Program-made: the position numbers and the translations under genes
The notes under the pieces: model-generated
What the model was told of the DNA's origin: nothing
The model's input: only the letters and a program-made list of their open reading frames with translations
Databases searched by the model: none
DNA from: Trichoplax sp. H2
Taxonomy: Eukaryota
Length of the DNA stretch: 64,000 bases
Direction: 5' to 3'
Assembly (NCBI GenBank): GCA_003344405.1
Contig: NOWV01000001.1
Span: 1,426,001 to 1,490,000 of the forward strand
In this document: piece by piece, positions 19,510-32,615 of the stretch
Layout: each line of letters opens with the position of its first letter
Numbering within the stretch: the first letter of the stretch is position 1

Positions 19510-20390
19510 GCAGGCTAAAATTGCATACAGGTTGTACAAATCCATGCTTGAATGAGTAGTCCTTGTCAAGGAAATGATGACAGGTCTAAATTGGCAAATT
19601 GGAGGCTAAAATTGCATATAGGATGTACAAATCAATGCTTGAATGAGTAGTCGTTGTCTAAGAAGTGATGAGAGGTCTAAATTGGCAAAATGCAGACTAA
19701 AATTTCATGCAGGTTGCACAAATCCATGCTTGAATGAGTAGGTCTAAATTGGCAAATTGGAGGCTAAAATTTCGTGCAGGTTGCACAAATCCATGCTTGA
19801 ATGAGTAGGTCTAAATTAGCAAAATGCAGGATCAAATTTCATACAGATTGTACAAATCAATGCTTGAATGAGTAGTCGTTGTCTAAGAAGTGATGACAGG
19901 TCTAAATTGGCAAAATGCAGACTAAACTTTCATGCAGGTTGCACAAATTCATGCTTGAATGAGTAGGTCTAAATTGGCAAAATGCAGGCTGCACAAATCC
20001 ATGCTTGAATGAGTAGGTCTAAATTGGCAAAATGCAGGCTGCACAAATCCATGCTTGAATGAGTAGTCCTTGTCTAGGAAGTCATGAGAGGTCTAAATTA
20101 GCAAAATGCAGGATAAAATTTCATGCAGGTTGCACAAATCCATGCTTGAATGAGTAGGTCTAAATTGGCAAAATGCAGACTAAAATTTCATACAGATTGT
20201 ACAAATCTATGCTTGAATGAGTAGTCCTTGTCTAGGAAGTAATGAGAGGCCTAAATTGGCAAAATGCAGGATAAAATTTATATAAAAAAAAATAGATATA
20301 TATAAAATTTCATACTGATTGTACAAATCAATGCTTGAATGAGTAGTCGTTGTCTAGGAAGTGATGAGAGGCCTAAATTGGCAAAATTTC
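19510..20390. repeat. Minisatellite with variable-length units (about 50-85 bp)
   Basis: About 12 copies of 'aaatccatgcttgaatgagtag' and 'ggtctaaattggcaaaatgcag', with or without a 'tcgttgtctaagaagtgatgag' module. Confidence 0.92.
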
Positions 20391-22355
20391 ATTCTTCAAT
20401 CAAGGTCGGTCTTTCCACTATGGCTTCCATCTTGACATCTGTGTCAGCGAAAGTCATGAGCGGATGTCGACATATCATGGATATCTAGTAATGATAGAGA
20501 TCGAGAATTAGATCAATTATAAATCCTACTGTATCACTACCAATAAAATGGATCTCCAGTTGTGTCGGCCCAACAGGGACTAGTAGAATAAAATGGATGA
20601 TGGAGAGGGGGTAAAATTCCGCATTGCTTGTGCAATTGCATTCTTCAATGAATATGGCATATTAAGCGATTCCAGATCTCGCCCCCCCCCCCTCCAAAAA
20701 AAAGTCAAAATTTCCATCTTACTTCTCTGTCAAGCAGAGCCATGCATCGATATCGATACGTCATGGATATTAGAGTAATGTATATCACTACCAACGAAAT
20801 TAATCTACAGTAGTCTGCGGCTACGCCGACTAGTAAAAGCAAGTAAATGATGACAGCTGGAGTTGATATAGGGCAAAATTGAATACGGACACAGATCTTA
20901 TTTAAAAACTTCATTATTGTAGTCAGGTTTCTATTTTAATCATGCTTTCCACCGTACTTCTGTGTCAATGAAAGCCATACAACTGATATTGATACATTAT
21001 AATTATACGCATTATACGGTATATATATACAGGTATATACAGTTATTGTAATGAATGTATATCCCTACTAATAAAATTGATTGATCTACAGCAATTGGGG
21101 ATAGCACAGACTAGTACAGCAAGTGGATGATGAAAATTGCAGTAGATAGAGGCTAAAACTCCATACGCGGTGTAAAAATCAATCCTTGAATGAATATGAT
21201 ATACGAGTTATTAAGCGGTCACAGATCTCATCCTAAATTTCATGATTTCATAAGAGAGGTCTCTGTTTTAAACTGATATCTACACGTCAGGATGTAGAGA
21301 GAGAAGCCGACTTGCTGCAGACTCTCCTATTTTACGTAGCCCAAAGATAGTTTACCCTCAAGACTGTAATAAATACTTTGGCATATTTAATCCTACAAAG
21401 AAGAATAATCGTATCCATAATAAAAGAATAATTCGTCCTAGTTAAGATCGCTTTAGCTTCTATGATTAAGGTTTAATAGAATTCACTTTTCCAAATAGGA
21501 AGCCATTGGGCCTAACTCATTCATACAACTTAGCATATTCTGTAATTGTATGGAAACTTTTTTATTTGAAAATCAGCCTGATCGCGCATCATTTAATCAA
21601 CTTTGAAGGCAATAGACTGTATTAAATACAGTAAATTATTACACTTGAAATGTTAGACACCTTCATCAACCTCATCTTATGCCAATAGTATTACATTCGC
21701 CTTATTCGAGCGATGTTAAATGTACATTAAAGTTAACTGCTACCCAGACAATGTCAAAGCCAGCAGATCACATCGATCGATATTCGTATCATATAGTACA
21801 TTGACTACATTGAACAGTAAATATAAAGAATATGAACAAATTCATACAGCCAATTGGGTAAACTACAAAAATAAATGGATATATATTGTCGTGTCTATAG
21901 ATGTATCGTAACATCCAAGGCTAAATACCATGTTGCTGATTTGACCTGTATAATCAATTCAAAAAAACAGGGCTTCTACATTCAGAGTTCAATTCGATAT
22001 TATTCGACGGTACTACAGTATTTTACAAGGACTCAAGGAATGAGAAGGCTACAGGAAATGCATTCCTTTTCTTTCTCATTCCACTGCACTTATAGAAGGA
22101 GTAAAAATAAGAAACTCAGTCTATTTTCAAAGAAACTTTACAGGTCTTTCAAGTCTTTGGTACACCAAACATGCTATCTGCTGCGGATATTGGCGTCATG
22201 AAAGTAAAGCATAATCGCCAAGTACAACATATTATAAAGTATATCTATATACATTATTTTCGTCGCAATCCTCATCCAATTGATATCGTGAGCAACTGCA
22301 CCAATTCTAGCTTGTGTAAGCTATATACATCGAACTTTAAATTGGATACGGCTTG

Positions 22356-25300
22356 TTATGGCTGAAGTAATGGTGTATCATCGTCTGTAGGCAATTTTTC
22401 ATCATTATCACTATCTTTTCCTTCATCGTCGCTTGGAGCAAATGGGTTACAAGAATTTGGACCATTATAACTTTCATTGGTGCTAGCAACAACATTATCC
22501 GTTTCTACATCATGTGAATTATCCTCACTAGTCTGTTCTTGGCAATCCTTTGACGCAGGCGGTGTAAAGGCAGAAGTAGCACTACTGTGGAATTGGAAGG
22601 TTTGTATGCCATTGCTTTCTTCTTGCTGGCTACTATGATTGATGCTAGCAGTGGTGGTGCTATTCCTATTCAGTTCGATCAATTGTATGCCATTAGCTGT
22701 TTCTTGTACGGTATTATTGTTGGCATTGGTAGCAGTATCTTCCGTTGAGATATCCAATAACAGTTCTTGTTCTTGAGTCGATCTATCGCCAGATTGCTGA
22801 TTACTGGCGTTGTTATTATTACTAGTTGATGATGGTGTGTTAACGTCTTCAAATGGAGATACATAATTAGTGTAAACACTGGTAGGAGAAGGTGGCCTGT
22901 ATGCTGGAGGATTATAAACAGGCGGTTCGGTCACTTCTGGAGGTATTACGGGTTCTGTTATGGCAACATCGCCGTAATATAAGAATGCCTAAAATAGAAT
23001 CGCCACATTACTATTTGTTCATCACCTCAACATTCAATGCTCTATCATCATTACTTTTTAACATTATTCATTACCTCTTGTTGATACGATTGTCTTACTA
23101 CATAGGCCATCCTACAGCACAGTACTGACATCACAGAAGAACAGACAGCTTCTAGGCAAGTGATTGCTAAAATACAAGCGTACATAACTACCGCTATATT
23201 AGCGTCGGCGACGGTTAATTTGTTCATGAAGGAAGTTAAACCGTAGGCTGATACAATAATTCCACCCATCGAAGCGATTAGCGATACCATGGATGACAAG
23301 AGTAACGAACCAATCTATCAACAAATGATCGAATCGCCATTACTATCAATGATATTCAAGCCATACATTATTCAACAAATGATCGTATCGCCATTACTAT
23401 CATTGGTATTCAAGCCATACATTATTAGAAATCATACACAGTAAATATCCCATGCAAAATGGCAAGACAAATCAACCAATCAATCAACAAATGATCGTAT
23501 GACTATTACTATCATTGATATTCAAGCCATACATTATTAGAAATCATGCACAGTAAATATCCCATGCAAAATGGCAAGAGTAATCAACCAATCTATCAAC
23601 AAATGATCGTATCGCCATTACTATCATTGGTATTCAAGCCATACATTATTAGAAATCATGCACAGTAAATATCCCATACAAAATGGCAAGAGTAATCAAC
23701 CAATCTATCAACAAATGATCGTATGACTATTACTATCATTGATATTCAAGCCATACATTATTAGAAATCATACACTGTAAATATCCCATGCAAAAAGACT
23801 AATCAATCAATCTATCAACAAATGATCGTATGACTATTACTATCATTGATATTCAAGCCATATATTATTCAACAAATGATCGTATCGCCATTACTATCAT
23901 TGATATTCAAGCCATACATTATTAGAAATCATACACAGTAAATATCCCATGTAAATAGACTAATCAACCAATCTATCAACAAATGATCGTATGACTATTA
24001 CTATCATTGGTATTCAAGCCATACATTATTAGAAATCATACACTGCAAATATCCCATGCAAAATGGCAAGAGTAATCAACCAATCTATCAACAAATGATC
24101 GTATCATAACTACTATCAATGATATCCAAGCCATACATTATTAGAAATCATACACTGTAAATATCCCATGCAAAATGACATTCATGAATCTGTATCATAT
24201 AAAAAGATTTTGTGTGTCCTAGTATCAGTTCATAGCTTTACAGAAGCTAAATTAAAAATAATTTGTTTCTTTCCTTTACATGCAATCGACCTTTTATGCA
24301 ATAATGCAAAGTGTACATCACTTACCATACAATAAGTCTTTTTTGACGTTGTATATACGCAAAGAACTCCAGAAATAAAGTACTAATGAAAGAAAAAGTA
24401 GAAATAAATTAGTCGTTTAATTAACAAACCATCCTACGCGTTTATAGGTATACTGTAAGTTGTCTGCATCGACTGCAATTGTAGTACGATACTAAATGTG
24501 TTTCTTTCTTTTCACGATAGTTGGAGTAGTATTTATTTCCATGAAAGAGTCATGAAGATATAATCGTATTATTCATTCATTTATTTTATCCAAGTTTGGT
24601 ATGGTCTTAACTAAATATGTTCAGCAAAGCTGCGATGCTGAAGTGGATAATTTCATTGTATAACGATACAATCTATGGCGAAAAATGATTATAATGATGA
24701 TCAACAACTACTTCGCCTTCAGAAGGCGGCAATGAAAGAATCTCTTTACTTTCATACTATTGGCATAAAATACATTATAGCTTGCAGAGTATGAGTTGGA
24801 GAGCCGAGAAAATCGATGTATACGACATCTTTCAATCTGTTCATGAGTATCGATACTAGGATAAGCTTGTGCTACAGTTCCCCTTGTATTGAGAGAGACA
24901 TAGGCTAATTCTAGTCCGCGCATTTTATCCAATGGCGGTATTTCTGTCAAGCCCTGAAACAGGATCGTTATTTATCACTTTACTAAAGTATCATAGATCT
25001 ACGCGTTGATACTCTTTTCAAAGGATAACAAATATCCTCCATTGGAGATACGACAGGAAACAAGATTTGAAATAGGTCAATATTGAATAATAACGTCAAT
25101 TAAAATGTACTGTTTAGTCCATTAACAGGCTTACAATGCCTAATTACTATGCGTATTAAACAATCCCAATCTAGCCATTTTCTATTGATTTTCAACGTTC
25201 AACGACAGTCTACATTACATAAATGTGGTAGGAAATAAGAGAATATCGTTTGATTCTCTTGAAAAACATCAGATCACTACATTTTCTCCTTAGGACAGTA

Positions 25301-27295
25301 CACCCAGAGTGAAGTGAAATTGAGGCACAAGTTTTCCTGCTTGACTGTTTACTACATAACTCAGTCAGTACTGGAATAATAGTCAATGATCAGTTTAACT
25401 GTATGTTGATGGGTCATTAAAGTAATCATCCAGGCATTTCATTTTCATCGCTTTCTCTTGACTATTTTATCGTCCAAGTTATTATTTTACTATTGGAAAA
25501 AATTGCTCCGCGAGCGACAGCGTAGCCTGACACCTAAGACTTGACCTTGAATGAGATTATTGACTTAAAATTAAATTGATTGAATACTACTAATTAAGTT
25601 CTGCCTTGTGAAATGAACAGAATGAAATGATATTGCAACGTGATTCTATTCTATTAGGGGTTGGTAAAACCGACAACTTTGCTTGATCAAATGCGGATAT
25701 TACAGACTGCGAGCTCCTACTAACGTCTATCCTATCGTGCGAGCATCGCTTTATTTTCAAGTCGCTGTTTTCAACGATCACACATTTTGGTCTTGCTGTT
25801 ACTGCTTGATCGACACTGTCGATTGATAATAATGCCGTACACAGTTAAATGGCTAAAATCTTATATAGTCGTTAACGGGAAGGACATGAGTGTGAAATGT
25901 TCCGTAGCAATTCTTGTAAATTATCTTTGATACAGCATCAACAAGCGAGTTGAACGTTCTTTTCAGCTTTTTGGTGTTTTACATCCATCATCAGTCCAAT
26001 GCCATGAGTCAATGGCTACCGGTTACAGTCAGTTTACCTATCTATCGCCTAAAGTTGAGGGTATTATTGGTAGACTTTCTATTTTTTCTTCTTGTAGAAC
26101 GCTACAAGAGCATTTTAGAGCAAATGATTGAGCGCAGCAGAGGGTAGGCCTATTCCACCACTGATTGTGTATGGAATAACATCATCTCGGCATGGTACGC
26201 GTATGATTGATTACTAATTGATTAGGCGTTTGTTCATGGAGGAAAAAAAGAGTCAAAATGGTCTCGAAGCCCAAGTATATATATATATATACACTGGCTA
26301 CTTGACAAGTGTTGGACATGACATTTGATCGCCTTTTAACTAAAGCATAGTCAAGTATTGATCATCAACATATCGTACAGTATTGCAATATGGACGATTT
26401 TGCAAGGCTGTAGCACTCAATTGGATCTTCATGCTCCAATATTCATCGCAGTGGTGCGTCTTACGGTAGATTAGGTAAATACATCAAGACGTAAGTAAAT
26501 ACAAATAAATAACATCTATCAGGCAATTAAGTAGAGAAATAATAAGAATGTTCATACAGCACAGTAAGGTACAATCGATGTAGAGTGGCTTCATTTTGAA
26601 AATCATAGGATAAAGGATAGAAAGTAGTAGGCTAATCGATAAGATGCATCATCGGTTATTCCACACAGTATTCCACTGCAGTTGGCGACATGATGGAATA
26701 GCACTACCGTGGAATGGCGTCCATTTAGGCTTGATTTAAAATCATCCGGTTATGCTTATTTAGGAATAGGTTATTGAACGATAGAAAACAATTCTCTGTG
26801 TGGTGTACTGGATCTACTAGTATCTAGTCTTTACATGAGATCCTCATCCAAGTCGATGGAAAGACAAATTCAAGCCGTTGCTAACAACAGGCAACAGCAT
26901 AGCGCCATCGACGAGTGTTGATGACACATAGAAGAATACCTCTGGTGAACCTTCTACCCATGCTATCCTACAGTATACCCTACTACAACCATTCTATGCT
27001 ATCCTCTTTCCAATACAAAGTAAGATAGACTGTCATCATTCAAATGGATGACTACTGATGATGACAAGATGAGAATTTTCTCACTGCATAGACTACAAGA
27101 ATGCAATGGCCTCCAACTTGTAAAGGATGCTTTGCTCCACTCTCCACTTACCAGTAATCCCATCCATATCGGTGCACTAATATAAGTGATTGAATTGCTT
27201 GTAGCTTTAAACAGTGTTACTACACCCAAGATCATACTAACAATGCCTGTAATCGTTTGAATAGCTCCTAGGATGAGGACTAATTTTTGTTCCAT
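22356..27295 (-). CDS. MS4A/CD20-like four-transmembrane protein with a long acidic, low-complexity C-terminal tail
   Basis: Phase-0 exons 27295-27152 (MEQKLVLILGAIQTITGIVSMILG...SAPIWMGLL), 24382-24326 (YFISGVLCVYTTSKKTYCM), 23314-23075 (IGSLLLSSMVSLIASMGGII...LEAVCSSVMSVLCC...QQE) and 22988-22356. The LGAIQ...G, P.W.G..YFISG.L and late E...S..S..CC pattern is typical of the CD20/MS4A family. Confidence 0.8.
23295..24180. repeat. ~112-bp minisatellite in MS4A-like intron 2, overlapping the exon-3 acceptor
   Basis: About 8 copies of 'caaccaatctatcaacaaatgatcgtat...ttactatcattgatattcaagccatacattattagaaatcat...aatatcccatgcaaaatggcaagagt'. Confidence 0.92.
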
Positions 27296-29181
27296 GATGA
27301 AAAATTGAGCAAATGATGATCGATGTCCAGTTTTAATTTCTTCTTTTCCGACTCTTGCGAGTCCTGTCCCAGTTGCGTTGTCATCGCTTGTACTTGATTC
27401 TTGATGTCTAACATCAGTCCGGCCGCAGTCCGTAACATGCGGACCAGTTTGCCTACCAGTCCCGTCCCGTTTCGGACCGAGATGATTGCTTGACCTCTGT
27501 CCGAGTACACTAGTGTGCCTTGGATCTTATCCACTAAGTTTACTACGACTACACGCTATGTATCCGACACTATACTCAAGTCTTCCAGACCATTTGGGGT
27601 ACGTTGTAACAGAGAACGGACTCGTTGGTGGCACGTGATCGTGCCAGCAATGGTTGTATACGGGCACAGTCACGACTCCAAGACTCATAGTATTACCTAC
27701 AAGTTTCTGGTATAGTAGAATGCAGTATGAGACCGACACACTCAGTCTGTTTCATGGCATGTCATGTACTGTACCGTACCGAACCGTACCATACCGTACC
27801 ATCCATGAAAATGGCTTTCTTGTACAGTAGTAGTGCACTTGTACGCAGAAGATGGCAAAAAATGATCAAGACACAAATTCCAACCTCCCATATAGATAGT
27901 GTATATTTATTTCTACACTCTAGTGCACATAGTTTACAGTCAACGCTTTGACAAAGTGCCGCAAATCTCCAACAACGAAAGGAAAAAATTGTCAAGATGT
28001 AGCCCAAAATACTTACGCGTATGCTTTCCGTCCCTCCATGACAACCATTCAATCTTTTTAAAATAAATAAAATAAAACACGCGCTGCATCATAATCACTC
28101 AAAAGTGCTTTAATAATATTCTTTACCATGGCAGTCAACAGCACCAAACTTATCAACTCTACCATAACATTTTACACCTTACAAATGTAGAATCATTTAT
28201 ATCTCTGTTATTATCGTCTACATCAGTAGTGTTAGCGACTTTAATGAAAGCTACAACATACACATAAAACAACAATCTAGCTCAAAGGCAATCCATATGA
28301 CTATCTTCAGCGAGAAATACTATAAAGAGCCAGCCAGCTATTAGGCTCATTACAAACAACATTGTACTATCTTTAAATTACATTAATTTTCAACTTTCTT
28401 CCAAACTTTCAACAAAATGGAAATAAACTAACAGTCCATTTTTACATAAGAAATAGTCTCAGGCCAAACAATATAGTGGCGGGGCTCTATCTATAATTAA
28501 TCGATCCGATAGCAATCAGATACATAAATTGAAATGCCAAAATTTTATACAAACTAAATGTTAAAATTGTAGGTCAATATTACCTTCTTGGTGTTCATTA
28601 AATGGGAAGAGAAATCAATATACAATTTCTATAATAATTATAGTTAGAAAAATTCATAGATATGTATAGATGTATCCTTATATATATATATTATATATAT
28701 ACATTAGCATAGAGATAGACAATTTTTACATAAGAAGTCGGTTTTAAAAGCACAATTAAATCACTAACGTAAAAGTAGTACTCGTATAAAGGAATGCTCA
28801 GATCTACACCCATAAATTACTGGAGAGGCTATGTATCCGACCACGATACACCGTAACATGCATATATACTACGCTAGTTGTCAATACTAATGTTAGAAAT
28901 ACTGTACCAACTAATAGATGTATGAACCTCCAAGCTACACAACCTTTCTATCTTGATAATGACCATAAAATAATCTTGCGTTAGTTTCATAATTTAAATT
29001 GAAAAGGAGCAGAAGAATTGTACATTGTTATCAACATTAAGCAGATGCGACAGTGGAAAAATAACAAGCTTGTCTTGCACATAAGTCAGCTTGAGTCTTG
29101 CATTAGGCGCTTTCCTGGGAGCATACCACAATAATAATAATAATAATAATTTCCATCGAAACAATCGCAACCCAATTATAA

Positions 29182-32100
29182 TTAACGACCTTTTTCCTTA
29201 GTTTCAGCCAAGCCTTTCGATTTTGTAAAATCAATCTCTGTGTATGCTTTTTCTTCTACCTTAGCTGGCTTTCTAGATCTTGCAACAGAAGACGACATGG
29301 GAACATTACGCTGCATAAATGGAGGAGCTACTTTGGATGGACTCCTAGCACTGCTTAAACGTCCCCCTGATATCTTTTCACTTTTACTCGGTCTGGGCAT
29401 CTTGTTATGTTCAACATCGACATATTGCACGCCTTTCACATCGCTGGATCGTTGAATAGTTATATTAGGAGATTCTGCTTCCATATTAACATAGGATGAT
29501 GATTCATTCGACTTTGTAACATGAACACTACCGCCTTTTTTAGTAGTGCCTTTTGTTTTAGACTCGCTTTTGCTTGAGCCAAAATGTTCATCACTGCGTG
29601 ATACACGTACCGAGCTAGGACCAACAGCTGAAGTGTTATTGCTATTAGTAGAGCGTGTATTTGTTGAGCCATTGTTATTATCACTACTACTTCTACTTCT
29701 AGCATCGCTATCGGTATTAGTTTCAATGTAATCTACAAATTCTTTTTTACCACCAGAATCGCTTCTTTTACTAGTAGAATCCATATTCATATAATCTCCC
29801 ATTGATTCCTTTGAAATATCTATGTCAATATAATCAGACGGCTTATTATTATTGGTATCTTTCCCAGCCTGCATCGTCACATAATCTCCGCCACTGGCCT
29901 GACCAGGTTGCATTTCAACATAATTACTGTCCTTGCTTTGAGCTACACCACGTTGCATGTTCATGTAATCTCCAGAATTAGAGCCACTAGACGATGTCGA
30001 CTGTAGCTTGGCTTGTTTGCAGTCCTTTAATGACTTCCCTTTATCTACACTACTGTATTTATTTCCCTGGCCGGGCATCATATTCATATAATCGCCAACA
30101 CTCGAAGACTTTTTGACAGGCTCCATATTAACATAATCACTGGACGATTGACTTACGACTTTTCTCGGTTCCATATTGACATAATCACTAGTGCTAGTTG
30201 TTAATCTTTTGCTAGCATCACCCTTTTTGAAATTACTAGCTTTATTTTTTGTCGGTTCCATATTCACATAGTCTGCTGACGCATGCATTTTACCAGGTTC
30301 CATATTCACATAGTCTGCTGACGCATGCATTTTACCAGGCTCCATATTAACATAGTCACTAGATTTGCTTGCTTTCAGTTTTTGTTTTCCGGGTTTTACA
30401 TTAACATAATCGCTTGATTTATTGCTGCTACTACTTTTACTACTTTTTCCCAGGTCTATATTAACGTAATCAGGTGATTTGCTTGAACTCACGTCTGATC
30501 CACTTTTAGCTTTAGATTGGGTGGAATGGGACCCTGAACTTTGCATATTCATGTAATCAGCGTTCGTAGAACTACCCGACTTTTTTAAATCGACGTTGAC
30601 ATAGTCAGAGGTAGCAGCACTTTTAGTTGTCTGCATACTAATAGGAGCAGTGTTTACATAATCGGGTGCTTCAGTCTTCGCTTTAAATTTGGAGCCCTTG
30701 GATACCCGCTCTGTTACTGGATCTAGATTAGTACCTTTCTTATCCATAGAATGTAATCTTGGACTTGCGGTAACGACAGAATCAGTAGCTGGCGATATTT
30801 CACTAGCTTCGGAAGAGCTTCTCGACATGTTCTGACCATGTGCAGTATGACTCTTTGGAGGACGATCAAATTTTGTTATAGAGGAATATGTTCGGGACCG
30901 ACCTTGATCGTCCGGGAGGTTTGCGCTACTAGCCGACTTGGACCTAGTATGAGCAAATAAATGTGAAAAAGAAAAACGCTTTGGAGATTTTTTATTAGTC
31001 CCATCACTAGGAAAATTTTCCGGTATCTCATTCGTTGTAGTAATCGAAGGGAGTACATTTAATTTCGTATCATCAGTAGCTTGAGGCCTTCTTGGTCGCG
31101 ATGGCATTGTACTGGATCGAGAACGATTTTCTTTTGCACTGCTTGATTTGCCGTCACTATCTTCTACACGAGATGAGTCTGGTTTCTCAGTTTTACTAGT
31201 CCGCATAACACTATTATCAAATAAAAGTCATGCATTTGAGAAATTATAGATTAAAAATAAAACTTTCAAATAGATATTGCCGCTTGAAGTTATCTTACGC
31301 TAAAGCCTTTTCATGAATTAATTCTGCAATAGCCTTGTCATCAACGTCCATCCATAACTCGCCAGGACCAATACATGATGAACGACCAGTTTCTATAAAG
31401 AAATAGCTATCGGAGTGTCCGCAGCGTCGAATTGATGAATATTTCAAAATTAAGGGTTGTTTCGTATTGGCAGATCCCAAACGGCATAACTTCATTTCCA
31501 TTGGTAATAATTCCAAGTTGTAAGCACCGGCTAATTGCTTGGATTTTGCAATACCACGGTCTGAGAGGGTTACTTGCCAAATATTTTCTATATTAGAAAT
31601 CAGAGGTGATAGATTATTACATTTATGAGTGAAACGATTTCTGTCCTATTTCATGCGTAAAATCGCTCAATTTAAAGTCTAAATAAACAGTATTGAGAGA
31701 GATTTTTATCAGCTATTTCTAAGCATTTTCTACTCTAGTTTAATCTTGCGTTGCAACATCATATTCTTACATTATACAGATACCATACATATCAATGGCT
31801 CAGATTTAAACATATAGGCTCTACTAACCATTACTTCTTGATTTATGGTGTTTAGGATTTTTCACATCTTCAGCAGCCACTCGCCAACTTTCCAATTCTT
31901 CTGCAGATTCAGCGTATAAGCCGTAGCAATCGTCATTGGTGTAAAATCCTAAGCAGTACTGATGCTTATCGTTCGATATTTCCGTAACTTTATGACAATC
32001 TGACAACTGAATAACACTCCGTGGTTGTCCATTTTGATTAAACTTTTTCTCATTATCGTAACATTCTAATCGACCTGGACCGGCTTCAGAATCAAGACGC

Positions 32101-32615
32101 AATACGTAATAGCGTTTCCTTGAATTCTGTGTTGAAAATATACAAAGAATTGCCAATTTTAAAAATTGCACAGTTATTATTATGCATTGTACACTCTACG
32201 GTATCACGCAACGATCTGTGGTGTATGAAACAACTTGAAGGAATTTAATCAAAAATAATGTAAGATTGTAGTTTTGTTTTCTTTTCTACGTGTTATATCA
32301 TTAACACGCTGCTACATGATGCCGATATGTGATATAGAAGCTGTGATATTTTTATACAAATTTTTAATTCAATTTGCCAGCAATGTTCACTAAATAAAAG
32401 CATGAACGCCTTTAACAGATGATAACCTGCACCACTGTCAGTAATAATATGGGATCAAAATGTAACTAGAATTATGGATTGACTGCTACATATCGATTAT
32501 AAATTCTTGCAAAGAAGATGACAATAAAATGAAAAAAATTGATTTACGTTTTTACCTTGATCTTTTTTAGGTATCCACGTTTTCTAACATCAGTAGTTCC
32601 TTTCATTGTGCTCAT
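29182..32615 (-). CDS. IRS: Insulin receptor substrate (IRS/chico-like): PH domain, IRS-type PTB domain and tyrosine-motif-rich tail
   Basis: Exons 32615-32556 (MSTMKGTTDVRKRGYLKKIK), 32126-31829 (RKRYYVLR...RLECYDNEKKF...AESAEELESW; PH), 31587-31299 (IWQV...IRRCGHSDSYFFIETGRSSCIGPGELWMDVDD; PTB) and 31210-29182 (many YxxM/YxN motifs, terminal YTEIDF). Intron phases are consistent. Confidence 0.93.

Noticed and set aside
19510-20390. Conserved motif with variable intervening sequence resembling CRISPR
   Set aside because: The intervening segments are variants of one another rather than unique spacers; this is a minisatellite.
29240-29731. Antisense and alternative-frame ORFs over the IRS last exon (similarly 8845-9060, 37189-37512, 43327-43707)
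   Set aside because: These are shadow ORFs of real coding exons.
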